64,000 bases of DNA from an uncultured Acidobacteriota bacterium (lineage in GTDB: Bacteria > Acidobacteriota > Vicinamibacteria > Vicinamibacterales > UBA2999). Of the stretch, positions 18,100-27,482 are shown piece after piece. Position numbers and translations under genes: made by a program. The notes below the pieces were generated by a model, which was not told where the DNA came from, did no database searches, and saw only the letters and a program-made list of their open reading frames with translations. Location: NCBI GenBank assembly GCA_963735875.1, contig CAVTMO010000009.1:29592-93591 (forward strand), read 5' to 3'. Numbering within the stretch: the stretch's first letter is position 1; each line of letters starts with the position of its first letter.

Positions 18100-20853
18100 A
18101 TGTCCAACCCTCACCACGAGAGCTGGCAATCGGCGAGTCCGTACCTGGACACCGCCCTCGACCTCGCCCCGGCGGAGCGTGCCGAGTGGCTGGCGTCGAT
18201 TCACGCGCGCTCACCCGAGCTCGCCGACCAGATTGCCCGCTGGCTCGCCGAGTGCGACGCCGTCGAGCAGCACGACTACCTCGAGGGCGCCGCCGCCATC
18301 GAGCCGACGCGCTCGGCCTTGACCGGGCTGCAACTGGGCGCGTATCGGCTGGTCGAGCCGATCGGTCACGGCGGGATGGGCAGCGTGTGGCTGGCCGAAC
18401 GCACCGACGGGCGGTTCGAGGGCCGAGTGGCGGTGAAGTTGCTGAACGCCGCGCTGGTCGGCCGTTCTGGCGAGGAGCGCTTCTCGCGCGAAGGGCGGAT
18501 CCTCGGCCGGCTGACGCATCCGCAGATCGCCCGGATCGTCGACGCCGGCGTGTCGCCGATCGGCCAGCCCTATCTCGTGCTCGAACACGTCGACGGCGAG
18601 CCGATCGATGCGCACTGCGACCGCCAGCGGCTGAATGTGGCCGATCGTGTGCGTCTGTTCCTCGACGTCCTGGGGCCAGTGGGGCATGCCCACGCCAACC
18701 TGGTGGTGCACCGCGATCTCAAACCCTCCAACGTGATGGTCACGGCCAGCGGCGAGGTGAAGCTGCTGGATTTCGGCATCGCCCGGTTGCTCGAGGTCGA
18801 CGAGGGCCACGCGCTCGGCACCCGCCTGACGGTCGCCGGCGACAGCTTGCTGACGCCGGCCTACGCTGCCCCCGAACAGGTGAGCAGCGGAGAGGTCACG
18901 ACCGCGACCGACGTCTATGCCCTGGGCGTGCTGCTCTACGTGCTGCTGGCGGGCCGGCACCCGGCCGAACCCGTGCTCGACAGTCCGGCCGGGCTGCTGC
19001 GCGCGATCGTCGACATCGATCCGCCGCGCCTGTCCGACCGCGCCACCGACCTCAGCACGCAGCTGCGCAGCACGCCATCGGCGATCGCCGAGGCGCGTCG
19101 CACGAGCCCCGATCGCCTGCGGCGGGCACTGCGCGGCGACCTCGACACCATCGTCGCCACGGCGCTGAAGAAGGCGCCGGCCGAGCGCTACGTGTCGGTG
19201 GTGGCGTTGGCCGAGGACCTGCGGCGCTGGCTGGCCCACCAGCCAATTGCGGCACGCGGCGATGCCCTGAGCTACCGGCTCGCGAAGTTCGTGCGTCGCA
19301 ACCGGGTGGCGGTGGCTCTGGGCAGCGCCGTGGTGGTCGCCGTGCTCGCCGGCACTGCCGGCACCTGGGTGCAGTCGGTCCGCGCCGCCGCGGAACGCGA
19401 CTTCGCCCTGCGCCTGCTGGCGCGGGCCGAGTCGGTCAACGACATGAATGCCTTTCTGCTCTCGGACGCCGCGCCGCAAGGTCGGGCGTTCACGGCGGGC
19501 GACCTCCTGAGCCGGGCCGAACAGCTCGTCAACCGCCGTCCGGCCAACCCTCCTGACGAGACCACCGTGGAGGCGCTGATCTCGATCGGCCGGCAGGACC
19601 GGTCCCAGGACGAGGATGACAACGCCCGACGGGCGCTGACCCGCGCCTTCGAACTGTCCCGGACGCTCCCCTCGGCCAGCGCCTCCACCCGCGGCAAGGC
19701 GGCGTGCGCGCTCGCCAGTGCGCTGGCCCGCGGCGACGAGGTGCCGCGGGCGATCACCCTGGTCCGCGACGGGCTGGCCGAGATGCCCCCGGGTCGCCCC
19801 TTCCTGCTCGACCGCGTGTTCTGCGAGCTGCGGGCGAGCGAGGTGGCGCGCGAGAGCGGCAACAGCGGGGCAGACGTCGCGCATACCCAATCGGCCGACC
19901 GGCTGCTGCGCGAGTCCGGACTGGGGTCGGAGCTGGCGAATCTCAACGTCGCCATTCACCTGGCGGAGTCGTTTCGCTCCGCCGGCCGGAACACCGAGGC
20001 CAGCACTGCGTTTGAATCCGCCTTCGCGCAACTCGCGGCGATGGGGCGGGACCGCACCGAGATGGCCGGCACGCTGCTGAACAACTGGGGGCTGTCCCGC
20101 TATCTGCTGGGCCAGCCGCGGGAAGCGGAGCGGCTGTTCCGGCTCGCCGTCGAGATCGGCAGCGCCGACCAGGCCGGCGCCAGTGTCTCCCCGATGCTGC
20201 TCAACAACCTGGCCCGTCCGATCCTCGAGCAGGGTCGGGCCGCCGAGGCGCTGGCGATTGCCGATAAGTCCGCCGCGGAAGCGGTGCGGCTCGGCAACGA
20301 CGTGTCCCGGATGCAGTCGATGCTGCTGCGGGCGACCGCGCATCGCGTGCTCGGCGATCTGACTGGCGCGAGCGGGCTGTTGAACGAATTCGAGCGGCTG
20401 CAGGCCGATCGACTTCCACCCACGCACGTGGCCTTCTCGGCGCTGGCGTCCGAACGGGCGCTCCTTGAAGAGGCTCGCGGCGACATCGCCGCGGCCGCCA
20501 CCGCCGCGGATCGCGCCGTGGCGATTGCCGAGGCCAGTTCGCAGGGGCGCGAGCTGCTCGCGCGGGGCCTGCTGCGGCGGGCCAGCCTGGACCTGGCCCG
20601 AGATCGAGTGGACGAGGCGCTGAACGATGCGACGCGGGGCCTGGCGCTGGAAGTCGCCAGGAGCGAAGCCGGTTCGCTGTCGAGCATCCTGGGCCGGGCC
20701 CACCTCACGATGGGCCGGGTGTTTCACGCCGCGGCGCGTCCCGCCGAGGCGCGCGAGTCGTTGTCAGAGGCGGCGCGTCACCTCGAGTTCGCACTCGGCG
20801 CCGAGCACCGCGACACACAGGCGGCCCGGTCGATCCTGGCCGCGCTCGATTAG
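18100..20853 (+). CDS. Ser/Thr protein kinase with transmembrane segment and C-terminal TPR-like repeats
   Basis: Hanks motifs GHGGMGSV, VAVKLL, HRDLKPSN, DFG, APE. A TM helix lies around residues 405-425, followed by a ~480-aa helical repeat region. Confidence 0.9.
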   Translation: MSNPHHESWQSASPYLDTALDLAPAERAEWLASIHARSPELADQIARWLAECDAVEQHDYLEGAAAIEPTRSALTGLQLGAYRLVEPIGHGGMGSVWLAERTDGRFEGRVAVKLLNAALVGRSGEERFSREGRILGRLTHPQIARIVDAGVSPIGQPYLVLEHVDGEPIDAHCDRQRLNVADRVRLFLDVLGPVGHAHANLVVHRDLKPSNVMVTASGEVKLLDFGIARLLEVDEGHALGTRLTVAGDSLLTPAYAAPEQVSSGEVTTATDVYALGVLLYVLLAGRHPAEPVLDSPAGLLRAIVDIDPPRLSDRATDLSTQLRSTPSAIAEARRTSPDRLRRALRGDLDTIVATALKKAPAERYVSVVALAEDLRRWLAHQPIAARGDALSYRLAKFVRRNRVAVALGSAVVVAVLAGTAGTWVQSVRAAAERDFALRLLARAESVNDMNAFLLSDAAPQGRAFTAGDLLSRAEQLVNRRPANPPDETTVEALISIGRQDRSQDEDDNARRALTRAFELSRTLPSASASTRGKAACALASALARGDEVPRAITLVRDGLAEMPPGRPFLLDRVFCELRASEVARESGNSGADVAHTQSADRLLRESGLGSELANLNVAIHLAESFRSAGRNTEASTAFESAFAQLAAMGRDRTEMAGTLLNNWGLSRYLLGQPREAERLFRLAVEIGSADQAGASVSPMLLNNLARPILEQGRAAEALAIADKSAAEAVRLGNDVSRMQSMLLRATAHRVLGDLTGASGLLNEFERLQADRLPPTHVAFSALASERALLEEARGDIAAAATAADRAVAIAEASSQGRELLARGLLRRASLDLARDRVDEALNDATRGLALEVARSEAGSLSSILGRAHLTMGRVFHAAARPAEARESLSEAARHLEFALGAEHRDTQAARSILAALD

Positions 20854-20862
20854 ATCCCGCGG

Positions 20863-21795
20863 CTATCTGGCTAGCCGCGCCTGGGTCGCCGCGCGCGTCG
20901 TCAGGGCCACGCCGGCCAGCACCAGCAGCCCGCCGGCAAGCGCGCTGGCCGGCAGGCGCTCGGCCAGGAAGATCGCGCCCCAGGTGACGCCGAACATGGG
21001 AATCAGGTAGGTGACGGCCAGCGCCGTGACCGCGCCCGTCCGGGCGATCAGCCGGAAGTACAGCAGGTAGGCAAGGGCAGTGCAGCCCACGCCCAGCGCG
21101 ACCGCACACGCCCACGCCCGCGCCGACGGATTCGCCGCCGGCCAGAACCCGACGCCGAAAGGCAGGGCGATGGCAGTGGCCGCGATCAGGCTGCCGGTGG
21201 CAACCGTGAGCGGAGGGACACCGCCCAGGCGGCGGCGGGTGAAATGCGCGGCCAGCGCGTAGAGCACGGTCGCAGCCAGTGCGGCCAGCACCGCCAACCC
21301 GTCGCCTCCGGCCGAGAGTCTCGACCAGGCGAGCACGACCACCCCGGCGAAGCCGGTCAGCAACCCGGCGCCGCGCGCCGCGGACAGCCGGTCACCGAAC
21401 CAGACGGCGCCGGTCACGGCGCCGAAGAGCGGCACGGTGGCGTTCAGCACCGAGGCGAGACCCGCTGGCAGCGTGACCGTGGCGAAGGCAAAGAGCGTGA
21501 ACGGCACGGCGGTGTTCATGGCTCCGAGGACGACCAGCGGTCGGGCGCAGGGTGCCAGCGTCCGCAAGCCGCCTCTCCAGGCCATGAGGGCGGTGAGCAC
21601 GACCGCCGCCACGGCCACCCGCACCAGGATGAGCGCGATTGGTCCGAACTCGGGGACGGCGATGCGCGTGAACAGGAACGCCGCGCCCCATAGCGCGCCG
21701 AGCAGGACGAGGTCGACGACGTCGCGGGCGGCCATGTTGGGAAGCGACCAGTGTCGATCGAGCGGTTCGGCGCGATCGAGAGCCGGCAGCGACAA
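20863..21795 (-). CDS. EamA/DMT-family transporter
   Basis: 310 aa, about 10 TM helices arranged as two EamA halves. TTG start. Confidence 0.85.
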   Translation of the reverse strand: MSLPALDRAEPLDRHWSLPNMAARDVVDLVLLGALWGAAFLFTRIAVPEFGPIALILVRVAVAAVVLTALMAWRGGLRTLAPCARPLVVLGAMNTAVPFTLFAFATVTLPAGLASVLNATVPLFGAVTGAVWFGDRLSAARGAGLLTGFAGVVVLAWSRLSAGGDGLAVLAALAATVLYALAAHFTRRRLGGVPPLTVATGSLIAATAIALPFGVGFWPAANPSARAWACAVALGVGCTALAYLLYFRLIARTGAVTALAVTYLIPMFGVTWGAIFLAERLPASALAGGLLVLAGVALTTRAATQARLAR

Positions 21796-21841
21796 CCGAC
21801 GTCAAGATCCTGCCATCGGAGCGGGCGCGTCGTCTGGACAA

Positions 21842-21886
21842 GGCGGCTCTTTCAGAGCCGCCTCCTGGCGGAGCTGAAGCTCCGCC
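21842..21886. repeat. two REP-like hairpins
   Basis: GGCGGCTC-TTTCA-GAGCCGCC (21842-21862) and GGCGGAGC-TGAA-GCTCCGCC (21867-21886), in the divergent spacer. Confidence 0.8.
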
Positions 21887-21992
21887 CTGCGCCGAATCGC
21901 AAACCGCTCTAGAATGCGGGCCGGTCCTGCGCGTCGACGTGGCGCGCGACGCTCATCGCGGGGCCACGGAGGCCGACGTGCTCCCCAACGCA

Positions 21993-22931
21993 ATGCACTG
22001 CCTCGTCGTCGTGGTGGTCGCCGGGATCGGCCTGGCGCCGCTGCACGCCGCCGCCGGCCAGCAGGTCGAGGTCGCCACGACCGTGGCCTTCACCGAAGGA
22101 CCGACCGTCGCTCCCGACGGATCGGTGTATTTCACCGACATCATCACCCAGCGCATCATGAAGCTCGGCGCCGACGGCGTGCTGTCGGTGTTCCGCGAGC
22201 GGAGCAACGCCGCCAACGGATTGCTCATCGACCCGCAGGGCCGCCTGATCGCCTGCGAAGGGGCCGAGTTCACCCGTCCGGGCGTCAAGGTCAGCGGCAT
22301 CCCGCGGGTCACGCGCACCGATCTCGCCACCGGCGCGGTCGAGGTGCTCGCCGAGCGCGTCGACGGCCGTCCGCTGGTCGGTCCCAACGACATCACCATC
22401 GACTCGAAGGGGCGGCTCTACTTCACCGAGCTGAACGGCGCCGCCGTCTACCGCATCGATGCGCCCGGCCGGGTCGAGCGTATCCTCGCCGCGCCCGACG
22501 TGCAGCGGCCCAACGGGATCCAGATCTCGCCCGACGACCGTTCGCTGTACCTGGTCGAGGCCAACGGCGCCGAGGGCGGGGCCCGGCTGATCCGCCGCTA
22601 CGACCTCCAGCCCGATGGCACGGTGCGCAATATGCGCGTGCACTACGACTTCTCACCGGGCCGCAGCGCCGACGGCATGAGCATCGACACCCAAGGCAAT
22701 CTCTACGCGTCGGCGGGGATGAACCAGCTGCGCGGCACGGCCGAGACCCTCGATACCAAGACGGGCGTCTACGTCATCTCGCCACAAGGCACGCTGGTGA
22801 AGTTCATCCCGATTCCCGAGGACTACATCACCAACAACGCCTTCGGCGGATCCGACATGCGGACGCTGTACGTGACCGCGGGCAAGACGCTGTACAAGCT
22901 GCGCACGGAGGTCCCCGGGCTGCCCCGCTAA
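21993..22931 (+). CDS. SMP-30/gluconolactonase/LRE-family protein
   Basis: FTEGPTVAPDGSVYFTD, NGLLIDPQGRLIACE, PNDITIDSKGRLYFT, PNGIQISPDD. Signal peptide runs from ATG 21993. The ORF could start at GTG 21939. Confidence 0.85.
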   Translation: MHCLVVVVVAGIGLAPLHAAAGQQVEVATTVAFTEGPTVAPDGSVYFTDIITQRIMKLGADGVLSVFRERSNAANGLLIDPQGRLIACEGAEFTRPGVKVSGIPRVTRTDLATGAVEVLAERVDGRPLVGPNDITIDSKGRLYFTELNGAAVYRIDAPGRVERILAAPDVQRPNGIQISPDDRSLYLVEANGAEGGARLIRRYDLQPDGTVRNMRVHYDFSPGRSADGMSIDTQGNLYASAGMNQLRGTAETLDTKTGVYVISPQGTLVKFIPIPEDYITNNAFGGSDMRTLYVTAGKTLYKLRTEVPGLPR

Positions 22932-22937
22932 GGCGCT

Positions 22938-22974
22938 GTAGGGCAGCTCTTCAGAGCTGCCTCGAGGCCGCTAC
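22938..22974. repeat. REP-like hairpin with GTAG/CTAC flanks
   Basis: GTAG-GGCAGCTC-TTCA-GAGCTGCC-TCGAGGCCG-CTAC. The CTAC overlaps the stop codon of the permease gene at 22971. Confidence 0.8.
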
Positions 22975-24161
22975 AGCTCGCGCAGGGCCGACGGGATCGG
23001 GAGCCGCGCGGCGCGGATCGCCGGGAAGAGCCCGCCGACCAGGCCCATCATCAGCGCGTAAGCGAGCCCGAGCCCGAGCAGCTGCGGGGTGACGCGGAAG
23101 GCGAACGCCACCTGGCTGAAGGTCTGGAAGTTCATCGTCGAGGTCTGGTAGCCGTTGAACGCCAGGTAGGCCAGCACACCGCCGATCACCCCGCCGATGG
23201 CCGCCAGGGCCAGCGATTCGGCCATCACCGACACCACCACTGAGGTGGAGTTGAAGCCGAGGGCGCGCAGCGTCGCGATCTCCCGCGACCGCGTCGAGAC
23301 CGCGGTGTACATCGTCAGGATGGCGCCGAACACCGCGCCGATGCCCATCAGCGCGGCGATGCCGAAGCCCACCGTCTGGATCAGGCTGGAGAGCGCCCGC
23401 GACTGCTGCGCGTAGTACTCGGTCTCGCGCCGCACCTGCACGTTCAGCTGCGGGTTGGCGGTGAGCCAGTCGCGGAAGGTATCGAAGGTGTCCGACGAGT
23501 CGAGCCGGGCCACCACCAGCTGGTAGGTGTTGCCGCGCCGATAGGCGCCCTGGAGCACGCGCACGTCGCACCAGATCTCGGTCTCCTGCACGCCGCCGTC
23601 GGCTTCGAAGATGCCGACCACGTTCCACGTGTTCTGGCCCGAGCGCACCTGGCTGCCCAGGGTGAGGCCCTGGAACTGCGCGCTGGCACCGCGGCCGACG
23701 ACGATCTCGTTGGTGCCGAACTCCAGCATGCGGCCCTCGACGATCGAGGCGTTGTCGCGTACCGCGAGGGTCTGCGGACCGATGCCGCGCATCGGCACGT
23801 TGGCCGCCGTGCCGGTGCTGATCTTCGGCAGGTCGATGATCACGTAGAGCTCGGAGGAGGCCAGGGCGGCCTGGCCGTCGCGGCGGATGCCCGGCGCCTG
23901 CCGGATCAGATCCGACTCGGTGCCGCTGACCCCGCTGGTCATCTCGCTGTCGGCGCCGCTGCGCATCACCAGCGCCCGGCTCGGCGATCCGGCCTCCGAC
24001 ATGGCGGCGGTGAAGCCCGAGGCGATCGACAGCACCGACACCAGCACCACGACCACGCCGGCGATGCCGATGATGGCCACGCCCGAGGAGCCGAGCCGCA
24101 GCGGAATGGTCCGCAGGTTGAGCAGGGTGACGGCGACGGTCTGAGCAATCCAGTGGAACAT
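22971..24161 (-). CDS. ABC transporter permease (FtsX/MacB-type, with periplasmic domain)
   Basis: 397 aa from ATG 24161 (MFHWIAQTVAVTLLNLRT..). Layout is TM1, a large periplasmic domain, then three C-terminal TMs, which is typical of the MacB/LolCE fold. Confidence 0.85.
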   Translation of the reverse strand: MFHWIAQTVAVTLLNLRTIPLRLGSSGVAIIGIAGVVVVLVSVLSIASGFTAAMSEAGSPSRALVMRSGADSEMTSGVSGTESDLIRQAPGIRRDGQAALASSELYVIIDLPKISTGTAANVPMRGIGPQTLAVRDNASIVEGRMLEFGTNEIVVGRGASAQFQGLTLGSQVRSGQNTWNVVGIFEADGGVQETEIWCDVRVLQGAYRRGNTYQLVVARLDSSDTFDTFRDWLTANPQLNVQVRRETEYYAQQSRALSSLIQTVGFGIAALMGIGAVFGAILTMYTAVSTRSREIATLRALGFNSTSVVVSVMAESLALAAIGGVIGGVLAYLAFNGYQTSTMNFQTFSQVAFAFRVTPQLLGLGLAYALMMGLVGGLFPAIRAARLPIPSALREL

Positions 24162-24169
24162 TTGCGTCC

Positions 24170-25318
24170 TCAGCCTCTGCGCAGGGCGTCGGTGATCTTC
24201 AGGTTCATCGCCGTGGCCGCCGGTAGCGCTCCGGCGACCAGACCGAGCACGACGATCAGCGCGGCGCCGATCGCCACGTCGCGGCCCGGCAGGACGAAGA
24301 TCGGCAGCATGCCGTTGGTGGGATCGCCCTGCTGGACGATGAGCCATGCCAGGCCGAGTCCGGCGGCGCCGCCGAGCAGGGCGATGAGCACCGATTCGCC
24401 AAGCACCAGCCCGAGGATAGAGCCGTTGGAAAAACCGAGCGTCTTGAGCACGCCGACCTCGCTGGTGCGCTCGCGCACCGACTGCGCCATGGTGTTGGCG
24501 GCGACCAGCAGCATGGTGAAGAGCACGGCGACGAGGATGGCGATCATGATCGCGCCGATGTCGCCGATCTGCTTGGCGAAGCCTTCGACGAAGCCCTTCT
24601 CGGTGGTGGTCTTGGTTTCAGCGGCCGAGTTGGCGAACATGTCGTCGAACCTGGCGCCCATCGCCTGGGCCTGACCGGGATCGGCGATCTTGACCACGTA
24701 CCAGCCGACCAGGCCTTCCCCCTGGCGCCGGTTCTCGTCGAGGTAGTCGTAGCGGAAGAAGAACTGCGTCTTGTCCACGCCCTGGCCGCCGTCGTACATC
24801 CCGACGATGTTGAACTCCCAGGTCTGGCCGCTCTTCGGCTGCCAGATCGTGCCGGTGATCGGGATGCGGTCGCCGACCTTCCAGTTGAAGCGCCTGGCCA
24901 GATCGACGCCGACGACCGCCCCCTGCCGGTCGCCGTCCCAGGCCGCGACCTGGTCGGGCGGCACCTGGAACTCCGGGTAGATCTTCAGGAACGAGTCGGG
25001 CTCCACGGCCATCTGCGCGAAAAAATTCGCGGGGTCCTGGTAGACGCCGCCGAACCACGACTGGTGCGTGGCCAGCGTGACGCCCTCGGTGGCCCGCAGC
25101 CGTTCGAGGTAGCTGACCGGCAGCGGCATGATCAGGCTGACCTTGTGGATGAGGATCAGCCGGTCGAGCCCGGCGATGTCCACGCCGAAGCTGAACGCCT
25201 GCTTGATGGTCATCAGCAGGCCGAACAGCAGGAACGCGACGAAGATCGACAGCAGCGTGAAGACGGTGCGAACCTTCTTCCGCCACAGACTGCTCCACAG
25301 CAGCGGGAGGTACTTCAT
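24170..25318 (-). CDS. ABC transporter permease (FtsX/MacB-type)
   Basis: 382 aa (MKYLPLLWSSLWRKKVRTVFTLLSI..) with the same architecture as the downstream paralog. Overlaps the ATPase gene by 4 nt. Confidence 0.85.
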   Translation of the reverse strand: MKYLPLLWSSLWRKKVRTVFTLLSIFVAFLLFGLLMTIKQAFSFGVDIAGLDRLILIHKVSLIMPLPVSYLERLRATEGVTLATHQSWFGGVYQDPANFFAQMAVEPDSFLKIYPEFQVPPDQVAAWDGDRQGAVVGVDLARRFNWKVGDRIPITGTIWQPKSGQTWEFNIVGMYDGGQGVDKTQFFFRYDYLDENRRQGEGLVGWYVVKIADPGQAQAMGARFDDMFANSAAETKTTTEKGFVEGFAKQIGDIGAIMIAILVAVLFTMLLVAANTMAQSVRERTSEVGVLKTLGFSNGSILGLVLGESVLIALLGGAAGLGLAWLIVQQGDPTNGMLPIFVLPGRDVAIGAALIVVLGLVAGALPAATAMNLKITDALRRG

Positions 25319-26001
25319 GCCATCGCCTCCTCCAGCAGCACGCCCTTCTCGAGGTGCAGCGTGCGCTTGGCGCGCTCGGCGGCGCGCGGGTCGTGGGTGA
25401 CCATCACGATCGTCTTGCCGTGCTTGGCGTTCAGTGTGGCGAGCAGATCGAGAATCTCGTCGCCGGACTTGCGGTCGAGGTCGCCGGTGGGCTCGTCGGC
25501 GAGCAGCAGCGTCGGGTCGGTGACGATCGCCCGGGCGATGCCGACGCGCTGCTCCTGGCCGCCGGAGAGCTGCCGCGGGTAGTGCTTGGCACGCTCGGAC
25601 AGCCCGACGACGTTCAGCGCGATGCCGACCCGCTTCCTGCGCTCGGCCTTCGACAGGTTGGTGAGCAGCAGCGGCAGGTCGACGTTGCGTTCGGCGGTGA
25701 GCACCGGGAGCAGGTTGTAGAGCTGGAAGACGAAGCCGATGTGGTGGGCGCGCCAGCGCGAGAGCTGCCCGCCGGAGAGCGCGCCGATGTTGGTGCCGGC
25801 CACCTCGACCGAGCCGCCCGACGGCGTGTCGAGGCCGCCCATCAGGTTGAGGAGCGTCGTCTTTCCCGAGCCCGACGGCCCCATCAAGGCCACGAAGTCG
25901 CCCGGCGGGATCTGCAGGTTCACGCCCTTCAACACGTCGATCCGCTCGCTGCCTCGGGTGAAGTACTTGTGGACGCCGCTGACCTGAACGAGTGCGCTCA
26001 T
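25315..26001 (-). CDS. ABC transporter ATP-binding protein (MacB/LolD-like)
   Basis: Walker A GPSGSGKTT, signature LSGGQEQR, Walker B LLLADEPTGDLD. Confidence 0.9.
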   Translation of the reverse strand: MSALVQVSGVHKYFTRGSERIDVLKGVNLQIPPGDFVALMGPSGSGKTTLLNLMGGLDTPSGGSVEVAGTNIGALSGGQLSRWRAHHIGFVFQLYNLLPVLTAERNVDLPLLLTNLSKAERRKRVGIALNVVGLSERAKHYPRQLSGGQEQRVGIARAIVTDPTLLLADEPTGDLDRKSGDEILDLLATLNAKHGKTIVMVTHDPRAAERAKRTLHLEKGVLLEEAMA

Positions 26002-26014
26002 GAACGCGTGCTCC

Positions 26015-27292
26015 TCACTTGATGACGATGGGCGTGCCCTCGACGAGCTCGGCCGGCGGCGCCACGACGACCCGGTCGCCCGACGACAGCCCGCCGGTGA
26101 CCTCGAGGCGGTCGCCGTCGGTGCCGCCGGTCTGCACGGCCCGCCGCTCCACCGTGTCCTGCTTCACCACGAACACATAGCTCGACCCGCCCTCGGCGCC
26201 GGCCTTGACGGCACTCTTGGGCACCAGCGCCACCGGGCGGGCGGCGGGGGTGGCGTCGGCCACGGCCTCGCGCAGGAAGGTCACCTTCACGCCCATGTCG
26301 GGCAGGATGCGCGGGTCGAGCGCATTGAAGCCGATGCGCACCAGCACGGTGGCCTTCTGACGGTCGGCGGTCGGCACCACGGCGATGACCTTGGCCGGGA
26401 TCTCGAAGTCCGGATAGGCGTCGAGGATGGCGGTGACCGGCTGCCCGGCCGCGACGCGGTTGATGTAGCTCTCGTTGACGTCGACCTCGACCTCGAGCGA
26501 GCGCATGTCGACGATGGTGCTGATGCCGGTGCGCGTGAAGCCGCCGCCGGCCGACACCGGCGACACCATCTCCCCGGGTTGGGCGTCCTTGGAGATAGCC
26601 ACGCCGCTGAACGGCGCGCGGATCACCGTGTCGTCGAGCGCTGTCTGCTGGAGCGCCACCTGCCGCTCGGCGACCAGGACCTGCTCGCGCAGCGAGGCGA
26701 TGCGGGCGGTGAGCGAGTTGACCTCCGCCTGCGCCTGGTCCATGTCGGCGGCGGTGGCAAGCTGCTCTTTGAAGAGCCGCTCACGCCGACCGAGGTTGAT
26801 CTTCGCTTCGTCGAGCCGCACCTCGGATTCGGGAATGGCACGACGCGACGCCTCCAGCTGCGCCCGCGCCAGCTCGAGCGTTGCCCGAACGGTGGAGTCG
26901 TCGAGCCGGGCCAGCACCTGGCCCTCGCGTACCGCCATGCCCTCTTCGACGTTCACCTCGATGACCTTGCCGGTGACCTTGGACGAGACCGTGGCGCGGC
27001 GCCGGGCCGTGACATACCCCGAGGCGTTGAGCACCGACGCCTGGGTGCCAGCGGCGCGCGAGGTGACGGCGGCCACTTCCACTTCGAGCGGCACGACGCG
27101 GTTGGTCCACCACCAGGCGCCGCCGCCGACTGCGGCCAGCAGCACGAGCAGCGCCACCCAGCGGCCCCAGCGCCTGCCGCCGGTATGCAGCGGGGCTCGC
27201 TCGATGCGCAGTGCGGACAAGTCGTCGTTCGTGTCGCTCACACCTGCTCCTGGAAGCCGTCCACGATATTGCGAATGAAAAGCGAAAGTCAA
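26015..27292 (-). CDS. efflux periplasmic adaptor (HlyD/MFP family)
   Basis: N-terminal TM (WVALLVLLAAVGGGAWWW), a coiled-coil hairpin and a beta-barrel domain. It is the first gene of the MFP-ATPase-permease-permease operon. The exact start is uncertain. Confidence 0.85.
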   Translation of the reverse strand: MTFAFHSQYRGRLPGAGVSDTNDDLSALRIERAPLHTGGRRWGRWVALLVLLAAVGGGAWWWTNRVVPLEVEVAAVTSRAAGTQASVLNASGYVTARRRATVSSKVTGKVIEVNVEEGMAVREGQVLARLDDSTVRATLELARAQLEASRRAIPESEVRLDEAKINLGRRERLFKEQLATAADMDQAQAEVNSLTARIASLREQVLVAERQVALQQTALDDTVIRAPFSGVAISKDAQPGEMVSPVSAGGGFTRTGISTIVDMRSLEVEVDVNESYINRVAAGQPVTAILDAYPDFEIPAKVIAVVPTADRQKATVLVRIGFNALDPRILPDMGVKVTFLREAVADATPAARPVALVPKSAVKAGAEGGSSYVFVVKQDTVERRAVQTGGTDGDRLEVTGGLSSGDRVVVAPPAELVEGTPIVIK

Positions 27293-27482
27293 TCGAGGCC
27301 CGAGCGCGGCTGCCGCGCGGTCCTGGTTCGGAGACGACCGGCAGACCGCCGGGGGTTCAATGGGACCCGCTGGATGGCCGCAGGAGTGCGCCAGGCGGCG
27401 TGAATCGCCAGCCGTGCGGCGAACCGCCCCCGACGCGCGTTACTTAACGTCTTGGTTCAATATCCCGACCAGCCGAGGGCCG

